Positions 47,172 through 58,258 are shown, counted from the stretch's first letter. The stretch is DNA of 64,000 nucleotides from an uncultured Candidatus Rokubacteria bacterium (GCA_963771355.1 CAVYTA010000006.1:448001-512000), one strand, 5' to 3'. The notes: generated by a model not told the origin, from the letters alone. Made by a program: numbers and translations.

Positions 47172-47295
47172 CGGGAGGGAGGGGAGGGCCCGCCGGGGGC
47201 CCCTTGTGTTCCCCTCGGGAACGGGGGAGTATGGGGCCCTGTCGCCGGGCCCCGACGCCCGCGCGCCGTGTTTCCAACTGCCACGGAGGCCGCGA

Positions 47296-48504
<1,209 letters not shown>

Positions 48505-48579
48505 ACTGTCTCGCCCCTTCCGTCCGGCGGCGCGGGGAAGCCTCCCGGCTCTCCGCGCCGCGGATCCTAGGAGATCCCC

Positions 48580-49380
48580 ATGAATCTCTCCGCCAAGGAC
48601 CTGACGCTGGACCTCGCCATCCGGTACGGCTTCCAGGTGATGGGAGCGATCGTGATCCTGGCGGTGGGATTGCTCCTCGCCCGCTGGGTGGGCAATCTCT
48701 TCGACAGCTGGCTCCAGAAGCGCGCGCTGGAGCCGCCCGCCCGCAAGCTCATGGTGCGGGTGGTGCGCGTGGTGGTGATGGTGTTCACGCTGGTCGTCGC
48801 GCTGGACAAGTTCGGCTTCCAGATCGCCCCGCTGGTAGCGGGCATCGGGGTGGCCGGTCTCGGCATCGGGATCGCGCTCCAGGGCGTGCTGTCCAACGTG
48901 GTGGCCGGACTGACCATCATCTTCACCAAGCCCTTCAAGGTGGGCGAGTACATCCAGGTGGTGGGCGTGCACGGGCAGGTGAGTATCATCGACCTGTTCT
49001 CGACCACGCTCCTGCACCCCGACCAATCGCGCGTGGTCATCCCCAACCGGAAGATCGTGGGCGAGATCCTGCAGAACCACGGGAAGATTCGTCAGCTCGA
49101 CCTTCGGGTGGACGTGGCCTTCGCCACCGACCTGGAGCGGGCGCTGGGCGCGGCTCGCGGCGCGGTGGAGGCCGACCCGCGTGTCCTGCGGGAGCCCGCG
49201 CCGGTCATCGGCGTGGCGGGAGTGACCGACGGGCGGGTCACCGTCGCGGTGAAGCCGTGGGTGACGGCGGACGCCGAGGTGGCCGCCTCGGGCGATCTGT
49301 ACCGCGCCGTCGTGGAGCGTCTTCGCGCGGCGGAAATCGAGGTCCCGCGCTCCCGGCACGAGGTCCACATGCTCGCGTGA
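48580..49380 (+). CDS. mscS: Small-conductance mechanosensitive channel
   Basis: GIGIALQGVLSNVVAG, PFKVGEYI, VIPN. Confidence 0.9.
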   Translation: MNLSAKDLTLDLAIRYGFQVMGAIVILAVGLLLARWVGNLFDSWLQKRALEPPARKLMVRVVRVVVMVFTLVVALDKFGFQIAPLVAGIGVAGLGIGIALQGVLSNVVAGLTIIFTKPFKVGEYIQVVGVHGQVSIIDLFSTTLLHPDQSRVVIPNRKIVGEILQNHGKIRQLDLRVDVAFATDLERALGAARGAVEADPRVLREPAPVIGVAGVTDGRVTVAVKPWVTADAEVAASGDLYRAVVERLRAAEIEVPRSRHEVHMLA

Positions 49381-49510
49381 TCCAGCGCGTCACCTTTTGC
49401 GACCAGCGATTCGAGTGCCGCGGCGCTGCGTTCCGGCGTAATATCGACTGCGTCGGCGAGCTTCCGGGACGGCGGTTCTTCGGGGTGCTCGGCGTCATCT
49501 CCTAAACGCG

Positions 49511-50764
49511 ATGAAGCGAAAGCTCGTAGTCGGGCTGGCCGCGCTGGCGGTGCTGGGAGCCGTCGGCTACGGCGTCTACGCCTGGATCTTTTCCCGTTCA
49601 CATATCTGGACGGACGACGCCTACATCGAGGGAACCATCGCCCAGGTGAGCGCCAAGGTGGGCGGCCACGTGGCGGAGCTCCTCGTGGACGACAACCAGC
49701 TCGTCAAGACCGGCGATCTGATCCTCCGGCTCGACCCGCGAGACTACCAGGCCAAGCGCGACCAGGCCCACGCGGCGGCCGGGGTGGCGGAAGCCGCGCT
49801 CCGGTCGGCGGGCTCGGAGGTGCCGCTCGCGCGCGAGCTCAGCCGGGCTCAGAGCGATGAGGCGCGCGCCTCGCTGGAGGCGGCCCGGGGCGCCGAGCGC
49901 GCCGCGGAATCCGCGGTGGCCGAGGGGCTGGCCCGCGTGGAGTCGCGCCGGGCCGCGGTGCTGGCCATGCAGGCCGAAGTGCAGGGCGGCATGAGCAGCC
50001 AGCGCCAGACCTCTCGCGAGCAGGAGCGCGTGCGTCAGCTCGCGCGGGGCGGCTACGTGGCCGAGCGCGACGTGGACCAGGCCGAGGCCGCGGCGTCCAG
50101 CGCGGCGTCCGGGCTCGAGGCGACGCGCCGCCGGCTCAGCCAGGCCGAGAAGGAAGTGGACCAGGCGCAGGCGGAGCTGGCCTCGCGCCGGCACGCGGTG
50201 GCGCAGGCCCGGGAGCGCGCGCTGGAAGCGCAGGCGGCGCTGGCTCGCGCGGACAGCCAGCGCCACACCGTCCCCGTGAAGGAGGCGGAGGTCGTGCGCG
50301 CGGAGGCGCGATTGCGCGAGACGCGCGCCGACCTCGCCCTCGCCGAGCTCCAGCTGTCCTATACCGAGCTACGGGCGCCCGTCGACGGCGTGGTGGCGAA
50401 GAAGTCGGTGGAGCTGGGGCAGGTGGTGCAGATGGGCCAGCCGCTCATGGCCATCGTGCCGCTCCACGCGGTGTGGGTGGTGGCCAACTTCAAGGAGACC
50501 CAGCTCTCGCGGGTGCGGCCGGGGCAGACCGCCTGGGTGGAGGTGGACACCTTCCCGGGCAAGGCACTGAACGGTGTGGTCGAGTCCATCAGCCCGGGCA
50601 CGGGCTCGCGCTTCTCGCTTCTCCCGCCCGAGAATGCCACCGGCAACTGGGTCAAGGTGGTCCAGCGCGTGCCCGTCAAGATCCGGCTCAACGTCAAGGA
50701 GTTCGGGAACCCGCAGCCGCTCCGCGCCGGAATGTCCGCCGTGGTGACGATCAAGGTGAATTGA
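49511..50764 (+). CDS. HlyD/EmrA-family membrane fusion protein
   Basis: TDDAYIEG, LRAPVDG, ANFKETQL, FSLLPPENATGNWVKVVQRVPVKI. Confidence 0.92.
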   Translation: MKRKLVVGLAALAVLGAVGYGVYAWIFSRSHIWTDDAYIEGTIAQVSAKVGGHVAELLVDDNQLVKTGDLILRLDPRDYQAKRDQAHAAAGVAEAALRSAGSEVPLARELSRAQSDEARASLEAARGAERAAESAVAEGLARVESRRAAVLAMQAEVQGGMSSQRQTSREQERVRQLARGGYVAERDVDQAEAAASSAASGLEATRRRLSQAEKEVDQAQAELASRRHAVAQARERALEAQAALARADSQRHTVPVKEAEVVRAEARLRETRADLALAELQLSYTELRAPVDGVVAKKSVELGQVVQMGQPLMAIVPLHAVWVVANFKETQLSRVRPGQTAWVEVDTFPGKALNGVVESISPGTGSRFSLLPPENATGNWVKVVQRVPVKIRLNVKEFGNPQPLRAGMSAVVTIKVN

Positions 50765-53088
50765 GCCGGAAATCTCCGGGGCTCGACGCCGAGACGCTCG
50801 CGACGCTGGAGAGCATCCAGCGCCGGGTGCTGTGGCTCGCGACCTGGATGGTGCATCACGCCAACAATATTCGCCCCAACCCCGAGGGCACCAAGGTGGG
50901 CGGGCATCAGGCCTCCTCCGCCTCCTCCGTGGGGCTACTCACCGCGCTCTACTTCCACCACCTCCGCGAGGGCGACGTCGTCGCGCTGAAGGCGCACGCC
51001 GCACCCGCCTTCTACGCCATCCAGTACCTCTTCGGGCGCCTCACCGCGGACGACCTGCGCGAGCTGCGGACCTTCGGCCGTCTCCAGGCCTATCCGAGCC
51101 GGCGCAAGAATCCGGAGGTGGTGGATCTCTCGACGGGCTCCATGGGGCTCGGGGCGGTGCAGGCGACCTTCGGCGCCTTCGCCACGCGCTATCAGGCGGA
51201 CCACGGCGGGCCCGGACGCCCCGAGCGCGTGCTCGTCATGGTGGGGGACGCCGAGCTCGATGAGGGCAATGTGTGGGAGGCGCTGCTCGAGGAGCCGGTG
51301 GCGGCGCTGGGCAATGTCCGCTGGATCGTGGACATGAATCGCCAGAGCCTGGACCGCGTGGTGCCGGACTCGCGGCGCCGCCAGCTGCGTGACATGTTCG
51401 CGGCGGCGGGCTGGCGCGTGCTGGAGCTGCGCTGGGGCTCCCGGCTGCGCGCGCACTTCGCCGGCCCGGGGGGCGAGGCGCTGGCGCGGCGGCTCGAGGC
51501 AATGTCCAACGCGGAGTATCACGCGCTGCTCCGCCTGCCCGCCGCCGCCGCCCGCAAGGCCCTCGTCACCGCGGCCGACGGCGCGCCCGATCCGGCGCTC
51601 GAGGGGCTCTTCGCGGGCCGCGCGGACGAGGACGTGCAGGCGCTGCTGGGCGACCTCGGCGGCCACGACCTCGCCGCAGTGATCGCCGCGTACGCCGAGG
51701 CGGATGCCGATCTCACGCGGCCCTCGGTGATCCTCGCCGACACGCTCAAGGGGTGGGGCCTGCCGATGGCCGGCGACCCCATGAATCACGGCGCGCTGCT
51801 GAGCCTCTCCCAGATCGAGACGCTCCGGACCGCGCTGGGCGTGCGGGCGGGCGAGGAATGGGCGGCGTTTCCCGCGGGAAGCCCGGAGGCAGCGCTGATC
51901 CGCGCCCGGCCGCCTTTCTTCCGGCCTGCCGCGCCCCCAGCCAGCCCGGTCGAGATCCCGGCGGACCTCGGCGAGGCCTATGCGGGCCCGCTCTCCACCC
52001 AGGAGGCGTTCGGCCGGACGCTCGCCGCCCTGGGCCGGACGCCGGCGGGGGATCGCATCGTGACCGTCTCCGCGGACGTGGCGATCACCACCCACCTCGC
52101 CGGGTGGATCAACCGGAAGGGCATCTACGCGCGGACGGCGCGGCCGAATCCCTTCGCGGACATCCCGCAGGCCATGCAGTGGCGCGAGAGCCCCGCGGGC
52201 CAGCACATCGAGCTGGGCATCGCCGAGCACAACCTCTTCCTCCTGCTGGGCGCCCTCGGCCTCACCGGCGAGCTCTCGGGCGAGGCGCTCTTGCCCATCG
52301 GCACCCTCTACGATCCCTTCGTCACGCGCGGGCTGGACGCCCTCTATCACGCGCTGTACTCGGGTGCCCGCTTCGTGGTGGCCGCCACGCCGTCCGGCGT
52401 GAGCCTGGCTCCCGAGGGTGGCGCGCATCAGTCGGTGATCACCCCGGGCATCGGCATCGCGCTGCCCGGCATCGTCTACTGGGAGCCCGCCTTCGCCAAG
52501 GAGGTGGAGTGGATCCTGCTCGATGGGCTCGCGCGGATGGCCCGCGGCGAGGGCGAGAGCCTGTACCTGCGCCTGTCCACACGTCCCCTGGATCAGGCCC
52601 TGGCGCCGGCGCCGAGCCCGGCGCTCCGCGCGGCGGTGCTGGCGGGGGGCTATCGCCTGCTCGACGCGCGCGGGGAGGCCGGCTGGGACCGGGAGGACAA
52701 TGCGGTGTCCATCTTCGCCACCGGCGTCATGGCGCCCGAGGCCGTCGCGGCGGCGCGCATGCTCGGCGAGGAGGGCCTCCACGCCAGTGTCTTCGTGGCG
52801 ACCAGCCCCGACCTCCTCCATCGCGGACTACGGGCGGGGCGGGGAGTGCTCGAGACGCTGGTGTCCGCCGACGAGGAGGACGTTCCCATCGTGTCCGTGC
52901 TCGACGGCCATTCCCATGGTCTCGCGTTCCTGGGCGGCGCGCTCGGCGTCCCGCAGATGCCGCTGGGCGTGGATCACTTCGGCCAGTCCGGTACCCGGGC
53001 GGATCTCTACCGCCACTACGGCATCGATGCGCCGTCCATCGCCGCCGCCGCCCGCCTCCTGCTCGGCCGACCCGCGCGACCCTCCTAG
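50761..53088 (+). CDS. AceE-type (homodimeric) 2-oxoacid/pyruvate dehydrogenase E1, TPP-dependent
   Basis: KVGGHQASSAS, STGSMGLG, GDAELDEG...N TPP motif, ELGIAEHN, EGGAHQS, DHFGQSG; TTG start overlaps the upstream stop. Confidence 0.88.
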   Translation: MSRKSPGLDAETLATLESIQRRVLWLATWMVHHANNIRPNPEGTKVGGHQASSASSVGLLTALYFHHLREGDVVALKAHAAPAFYAIQYLFGRLTADDLRELRTFGRLQAYPSRRKNPEVVDLSTGSMGLGAVQATFGAFATRYQADHGGPGRPERVLVMVGDAELDEGNVWEALLEEPVAALGNVRWIVDMNRQSLDRVVPDSRRRQLRDMFAAAGWRVLELRWGSRLRAHFAGPGGEALARRLEAMSNAEYHALLRLPAAAARKALVTAADGAPDPALEGLFAGRADEDVQALLGDLGGHDLAAVIAAYAEADADLTRPSVILADTLKGWGLPMAGDPMNHGALLSLSQIETLRTALGVRAGEEWAAFPAGSPEAALIRARPPFFRPAAPPASPVEIPADLGEAYAGPLSTQEAFGRTLAALGRTPAGDRIVTVSADVAITTHLAGWINRKGIYARTARPNPFADIPQAMQWRESPAGQHIELGIAEHNLFLLLGALGLTGELSGEALLPIGTLYDPFVTRGLDALYHALYSGARFVVAATPSGVSLAPEGGAHQSVITPGIGIALPGIVYWEPAFAKEVEWILLDGLARMARGEGESLYLRLSTRPLDQALAPAPSPALRAAVLAGGYRLLDARGEAGWDREDNAVSIFATGVMAPEAVAAARMLGEEGLHASVFVATSPDLLHRGLRAGRGVLETLVSADEEDVPIVSVLDGHSHGLAFLGGALGVPQMPLGVDHFGQSGTRADLYRHYGIDAPSIAAAARLLLGRPARPS

Positions 53089-53091
53089 TCC

Positions 53092-53604
53092 CTAGGCGGC
53101 GGCGCCGTGCTCATCCTCGCTGCGCAGGGGGATCCGCGTGCCGTCCACGACGAGGGTGGCGTCCCAGGTGACCTCGATGGCACCCTTGACGCTCTGGTGG
53201 GCGGGACATCCCTCGGGATGCAGCTGCAGCGCGCGCTCGGCTGCCTCGCGGGCTCCCGCCGGCACCGCAAGGTCGTAGTGGACGTGAATGGACTTGATGC
53301 GAATGGTCCGGCCGATGCCGACGATCCGTCCCTCCACCGTGGCCTTGTAGGACTCGCGATCGAACTCGACTTTGCGCCCTGCCAGGGCGCCGCGCAGGGT
53401 GCCGTACATTCAGCCGGCCACCGCGGCGACGATGTGGTCGAGCGTGGAGGCGATCGCCGGTCCCTCCTTCGCGCCGTAGTACTGCCGGAGCGCCCCCTGG
53501 ACGCCGTACACCACGGGCTCGGGCACCTCACCCAGATACGCGTTGCGGTAGCCGTCGCGGTACTCGAGTCGCGCCTTTGAGATGTACTCGAAATCGTCGG
53601 CCAT
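53092..53604 (-). CDS. OsmC-like selenoprotein (in-frame UGA at 53412-53410 read as Sec)
   Basis: Two adjacent in-frame ORFs join as ...HIVAAVAG-U-MYGTL..., with the second Cys in HPEGCPAHQSV. The UGA sits at the OsmC peroxidatic Cys position; downstream hairpin present. Confidence 0.85.
53374..53390 (-). promoter_or_regulatory. Putative bacterial SECIS hairpin of the OsmC-like gene
   Basis: mRNA GCGCCCU-GGC-AGGGCGC; loop G at +27 after the UGA. Confidence 0.65.
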
Positions 53605-53685
53605 GAGACCCTCCCTGGTAGCTCCGGAGTATCGGACGCGGTTGTCCCGGGTGAGTCTAACCTGGACAGGCGAGGAGAGGTGTTC

Positions 53686-54981
53686 ATGTCGAGGACCGTG
53701 CGCTCACGGTTGATCGCCCCGCTGGCGTGGCTCGTGGCGATGGGCGGGGCGGGCGCCGCCGCCGCCGCGACGGAGGCGGAGCTCCAGTCGGCGGTGTTCC
53801 GGGCGAAACCCGCCGTCGTGATGGTGGGCGTCCGCATCGGCGCCACCGCCACCATCCGCTGCAGCGAGGGCCCGAGCGTCACCGTACGCCCGGCGCCCAT
53901 CGGGGAGCTGGGCAGCGGGGCCATCATCCATCCGGATGGCTGGATCGTGACGAATGGCCATGTGGTCCAGCCGTTCCAGGACGGTCAGGAGAGCGCGTTT
54001 GCCGCCGAGCTCCTCGAGAAGTCCGTGGCCACGGCCTGCGCGGCGGAGGTGGACGCGCTGCCGGCCGCGGCGCGCACCGAGCGGATCCGTGCCCTGGCCG
54101 CCGAGCCGATGAACCGGGCGGGGCTCGTGCTCGAGCGCTCCCTCCAGGTCAATCTGTCCAATGGCAAGGGATATCCGGCCGAGATCAAGTACTACAGCCC
54201 GCCCGCCTACGTGGTGACGGCCGGGGGCAAGGAGCACGGCCGCGACGTCGCCATCCTGAAGATCGAGGAGCGCGAGCTGCCCGTGGTGCGGCTCGCGCCC
54301 CGGAGCACCGATCTCCACCTGGGCCAGGCGCTGTTCGTCATCGGGTTCCCGGGCGTGGTGGCCGCGCACGAGCTGCTGAGCCGGGCCACCCGGTTCGAGC
54401 CCTCGATCACCACCGGGCGGGTCTCGGGGTTCAAGCAGGATGTGGGCGGCCAGCGCGTCATCCAGACCGACGCCGCCATCATCCAGGGCAATAGCGGCGG
54501 GCCGGTCTTCGACGACCGCGGCTACGTCATCGGCGCCGCCACCTTCACCTCGCTCCAGGGGGACCAGGTGGTCCAGGGCTTCAACTTCCTCATTCCCGTG
54601 GAGACCGTTCACGCCGCCGCGGGTCGGGCCGGTTTCACGCCCCGCGGCGACAGCATGTTCACGCGCCTGTGGAACACGGGCGTGGACCTCTACGTCCGCG
54701 ACCTCCACTACCGCGCCTACCGGAACATGAGCGCCGCCAACCGCATCCACCCCGGCTTTCCCGACGTCGAGCGGGTGCGCGAGGACTGCGACATCAAGCA
54801 CAAGGAACAAGGATATCTGCACCGCGAGGAAGTGCAGTGGGGCGTCACGGGCGCGGCCCTGCTGGGCGGTATCGCGGCGGTCTGGTTCGGGGGGCGGCGC
54901 CTCCTGGCGGCGATGCGGAAGGGCCTCCGCCGTCTCATCAGGGAGGAGCTGGAAGGGGTGAGCGGCCGAGGGGGCCCCTAG
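53686..54981 (+). CDS. Trypsin-like (S1C/HtrA-like, PDZ-less) serine protease with signal peptide and C-terminal TM anchor
   Basis: Catalytic triad in TNGHVV, DVAILKI, GNSGGP. Confidence 0.88.
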   Translation: MSRTVRSRLIAPLAWLVAMGGAGAAAAATEAELQSAVFRAKPAVVMVGVRIGATATIRCSEGPSVTVRPAPIGELGSGAIIHPDGWIVTNGHVVQPFQDGQESAFAAELLEKSVATACAAEVDALPAAARTERIRALAAEPMNRAGLVLERSLQVNLSNGKGYPAEIKYYSPPAYVVTAGGKEHGRDVAILKIEERELPVVRLAPRSTDLHLGQALFVIGFPGVVAAHELLSRATRFEPSITTGRVSGFKQDVGGQRVIQTDAAIIQGNSGGPVFDDRGYVIGAATFTSLQGDQVVQGFNFLIPVETVHAAAGRAGFTPRGDSMFTRLWNTGVDLYVRDLHYRAYRNMSAANRIHPGFPDVERVREDCDIKHKEQGYLHREEVQWGVTGAALLGGIAAVWFGGRRLLAAMRKGLRRLIREELEGVSGRGGP

Positions 54982-55078
54982 CGAGTTCGGCGGTCAGCGG
55001 CGATTCCGTATATCGCGGGCGCCGCTTCCCTTCGCGCGCGAAGCCAGTCAAACCGGCCGTGTGCTATGCTCCGTGTCG

Positions 55079-56092
55079 ATGAGCTCGACGGCCTTGCGCG
55101 CGCCTGTTCAGAGCGCCAGCGAGACGGCCATCCCCGTCATCGACCTCGGCGCGTACCTCGCCGGCGCGCACGGCTCCCTCGAGGCGACGGCCTCGGCCCT
55201 CCGGAACGCCCTCGAAGGCATCGGGTTCTTCATCATCGTCAACCACCGCGTTCCGCGTGACCTGATCGCCCAGACGTTCGCCGAAGCGAAGCGTTTCCAC
55301 GACCAGCCGGTGGACGCGAAGATGGCGATTCGCATGAACGAGCACAACAACGGCTACATGGCGCTGGGCCGGTATGCCGTCTGGACGTCCGAGGTGAACG
55401 CCAATACCAAGCCCGACCTGAACGAGGCCTTCTTCGTGAAGCGGGAGCGGGCGCCGGGCGATCCGCTGCTGGAGTCGGGCCGGCGCTTCGTCGGGCCGAA
55501 TCTTTGGCCGGACGATCTGCCCGGATTTCGCGAGAATGTTCTGACGTACACCGCGGCGGTGGACGAGCTGGGGCGCCGCCTCCTGCCCGTCTGCGCCGTG
55601 GCGCTCGGCCTGCCGCCCGAGCGTTTCGACACGGCGTTTGCCGAGAGCCAGTTCTCGTTCCGGCTGTCACACTATCCGCCCGTCGAGGCGGACGCGAATC
55701 AATTCGGGATCGCGCCGCACACCGACGCCAATTTCCTCACGTTCCTCGCCCAGACGGAGATCCCGGGCCTTCAGGTGCGCACGCCGGCCGGCGCCTGGGT
55801 AGACGTGCCGTACGTCCCCGATTCGTTCGCGGTGAACTCGGGCGACATGATGTCCCGCTGGACGAACGGCCGCTTCAAGTCGACGCCGCATCGCGCCTTG
55901 CCGCCGATCGGAAGGCACCGCTACGCGATCCCGTTCTTCTTGGGACCGCACATCGACACGATCATCGAGTGCCTGCCCACCTGCCAGGGACCGGACACGC
56001 CGCCGAAGGATCCGCCGATCAGCTATGCGGACTATCTGAAGTGGTGGTACGACGCGAACTACGATGCGTCGCGCCAGCAAGACCGCTCCTGA
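55079..56092 (+). CDS. Isopenicillin N synthase-family 2OG-Fe(II) oxygenase
   Basis: IPVIDL, HTD (HxD), GLQV, STPHR, RYAIPFF. Confidence 0.9.
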   Translation: MSSTALRAPVQSASETAIPVIDLGAYLAGAHGSLEATASALRNALEGIGFFIIVNHRVPRDLIAQTFAEAKRFHDQPVDAKMAIRMNEHNNGYMALGRYAVWTSEVNANTKPDLNEAFFVKRERAPGDPLLESGRRFVGPNLWPDDLPGFRENVLTYTAAVDELGRRLLPVCAVALGLPPERFDTAFAESQFSFRLSHYPPVEADANQFGIAPHTDANFLTFLAQTEIPGLQVRTPAGAWVDVPYVPDSFAVNSGDMMSRWTNGRFKSTPHRALPPIGRHRYAIPFFLGPHIDTIIECLPTCQGPDTPPKDPPISYADYLKWWYDANYDASRQQDRS

Positions 56093-56173
56093 CACCTCCC
56101 GCCGTTCGCGAGAAGCAGCGGTAAGAGCCAGGCGACGCTTCGTGTCGACGCGCTCAGGCGGGGCACCGTCGCT

Positions 56174-56701
56174 TCAGGGCTCGGCCAGCAATTGGCGGAT
56201 GAGCCGCTCCATCTCCGCGTAAGCCCCCTCGCCGATGTGCGTGTACCGGACGATGCCCTTCTTGTCCACGATCACGGCCGCCGGCCAGTACCGATTCCCG
56301 TAGCGCTTCCAGATCACGAAGTCGTTGTCCTGTACGACCGGATACGCCACGCCCAGCTCCTTCGTCGCGGCCACTACCTTGTCGTACGGCTTCTCCCAGA
56401 GAAACTCCGGCGCGTGAACCCCGACGATGGTCAGCCCTTTCGCGTTGTGCCGCGCGTGCCAGTCCCGCAACTGCGGGATCACGTTCTTGCAGTTGTATCA
56501 GCCGAAGGTCCAGAACTCGACGAAGACGACCCGTCCCCGGAGCTTGGTCATCGAGAGTGGCTCGCTGTTGATCCAGCGCTCGCCGGTGATTTCCGGTGCG
56601 GGTTCGCCGACTTTCAGGCTCGCCGGCTCGCTTTCTACTCCGGTGCCGAGCAGCATGACCGCGACCGAGAGCGTCACCCCCATCCCGCGTATCCACCGCA
56701 T
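56174..56701 (-). CDS. Exported redoxin/thioredoxin-like (DipZ C-terminal type) selenoprotein with UxxC motif
   Basis: VEFWTFG-UGA(56500-56498)-YNCKNVIPQL in frame; GVHAPEF, NRYWPA, HIGEGAY; N-terminal signal peptide. Confidence 0.88.
56463..56478 (-). promoter_or_regulatory. Putative bacterial SECIS hairpin of the redoxin gene
   Basis: mRNA UCCCGC-AGUU-GCGGGA; loop G at +27 after the UGA. Confidence 0.65.
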
Positions 56702-56781
56702 GGCGTTCCTCCACGTCAGGTCTGGGTGTCCGCCATCGCGACGGAGGTACTCTCGCCCATGGTCACAAACCGCGAAGCAGT

Positions 56782-58011
56782 CTAGCCCCCGTCCAGCGGA
56801 TCGACGGCATCGGGCTCGATCCACTGAATCTCGGCGCCGGCGCCCTTGACGGCCGTTACCTCGACCTCCACCGCCAGCTCGGGTCGGGCGAGGCCGCTGA
56901 TGCGGCAGCCGAGCGACGCCGGATGGCTCTTCGCGAACGGCGTGGGGCCGTCGCCGTACGCTCGATTCTGCTTCGCGCCCTCGACCGTGAACGTCCGCCG
57001 GCGCACCACGTCGTCCATTGACGCGCCCGCCTGCTCGAGCGCCCAGCGACTGGTGTCGACCGCCAGGTCGTACTGGCGGGCCCAGTCGCCCGGCGCCTGC
57101 ACCTCACCGGTGGCCGACACCGACGTGCAGCCACTGACGTAGACTTGATCGCCCACGACGACGGCGCGCGCGTACCCTCGCGGCTTCTCCCGCATGTGCT
57201 GCGTGTAGATGTCGCGGCGCGAGCGCGCGGCCCCGAGCACGGCCTCGGCCTCGATCTCGACGAGCAGCTCCGGGCGGACCAGTGCCGGGACACCCAGCAG
57301 CGTGGAGACGGGACGCACGTCGCCGAGCACCTCGACGAACGCGCGCGTATAGTCCGCCGCCTTGCTGAGATCGGTGAGGAACGTCTTGGTGTAGACAAGG
57401 TCCCCGGGCACCCCGCCGGCGTCCGCGAGCGCCCGAAAGATGGTGTCCAGGGTCGTGCGCGTCTGGCGGTACATGTCGCCGACGCCTTCGACGCCGCGGG
57501 CGGTGAGCGCGGTCGAGCCCGAGATGAAGACGCGTTCACCGATCCGGACGGCTCGCGAGTACGCGTACACCGCCTCCAGCGGACCACCCGAGGAGATCCG
57601 CTGGGCGGACGTTCGCGCGCCGTCGATGGCGTCGAGCTCGATCTCGACGAGCTGGGTCGGGCGGGCCAGGCCGCTGACCTGCACCAGCGTGGCCGCCGGC
57701 CGCGCGTCACTGAAATGCCGTGCCACCGCGCGCGCCGCCGCGTCACTCACCGCGACGTCGGTGACGTAGATCCGGCTGCGGACCACGTCGTCGAGCCGCC
57801 CGCCCGCCTTGCCCATGCTCCACTCGGCGATGCGCATGATGGCGTCGACCTGGCGGGCGACATCGCCTTCGCCGCGGACGTTGCCTTGCCGGTCGATGGC
57901 GGTGGTGCCCGACTGCAGCACGGTGTCGCCGACCCGCAGCGCGCGCGAGTAGTGCGCGAGCGACTCCAGCGGGCGACCCGAGGCGACGTTTATCCGGCGA
58001 GCGGGTGTCAT
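56782..58011 (-). CDS. Rid (YjgF/YER057c/UK114) family protein with three tandem domains
   Basis: Three repeats of Y(S/A)RA(L/V)xxG...SG(T/S/C)T...L(A/V)RP...VE(I/V)E. Confidence 0.87.
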   Translation of the reverse strand: MTPARRINVASGRPLESLAHYSRALRVGDTVLQSGTTAIDRQGNVRGEGDVARQVDAIMRIAEWSMGKAGGRLDDVVRSRIYVTDVAVSDAAARAVARHFSDARPAATLVQVSGLARPTQLVEIELDAIDGARTSAQRISSGGPLEAVYAYSRAVRIGERVFISGSTALTARGVEGVGDMYRQTRTTLDTIFRALADAGGVPGDLVYTKTFLTDLSKAADYTRAFVEVLGDVRPVSTLLGVPALVRPELLVEIEAEAVLGAARSRRDIYTQHMREKPRGYARAVVVGDQVYVSGCTSVSATGEVQAPGDWARQYDLAVDTSRWALEQAGASMDDVVRRRTFTVEGAKQNRAYGDGPTPFAKSHPASLGCRISGLARPELAVEVEVTAVKGAGAEIQWIEPDAVDPLDGG

Positions 58012-58258
58012 GCGTGGACGATGATGCGCCCGCCCCGGGGTCGCGTCAAGGTGGGGCGGCGGGCGAGCAGGAAGGCGAGGATGGACACGCTCGAGGCAAT
58101 GACCCATGATCGGCCATACCGGCGCGCCGGTGCACTGGCAAGCCCGCATTCAAGCCAGAGAGGAGAGCTCGAGATGACGGATCAGCCGCTTAGACTCTCT
58201 TCGTGGACGGCGGCATGACCCTCTATCCCGAGTTCGTGCGGGGAGGCTAGTCTCTTCC

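Noticed and set aside
58174..58218. 14-aa mini-ORF MTDQPLRLSSWTAA with AGAGGAG RBS
   Set aside because: Too short to support; no recognisable leader-peptide or attenuator features. Could be a gene remnant.
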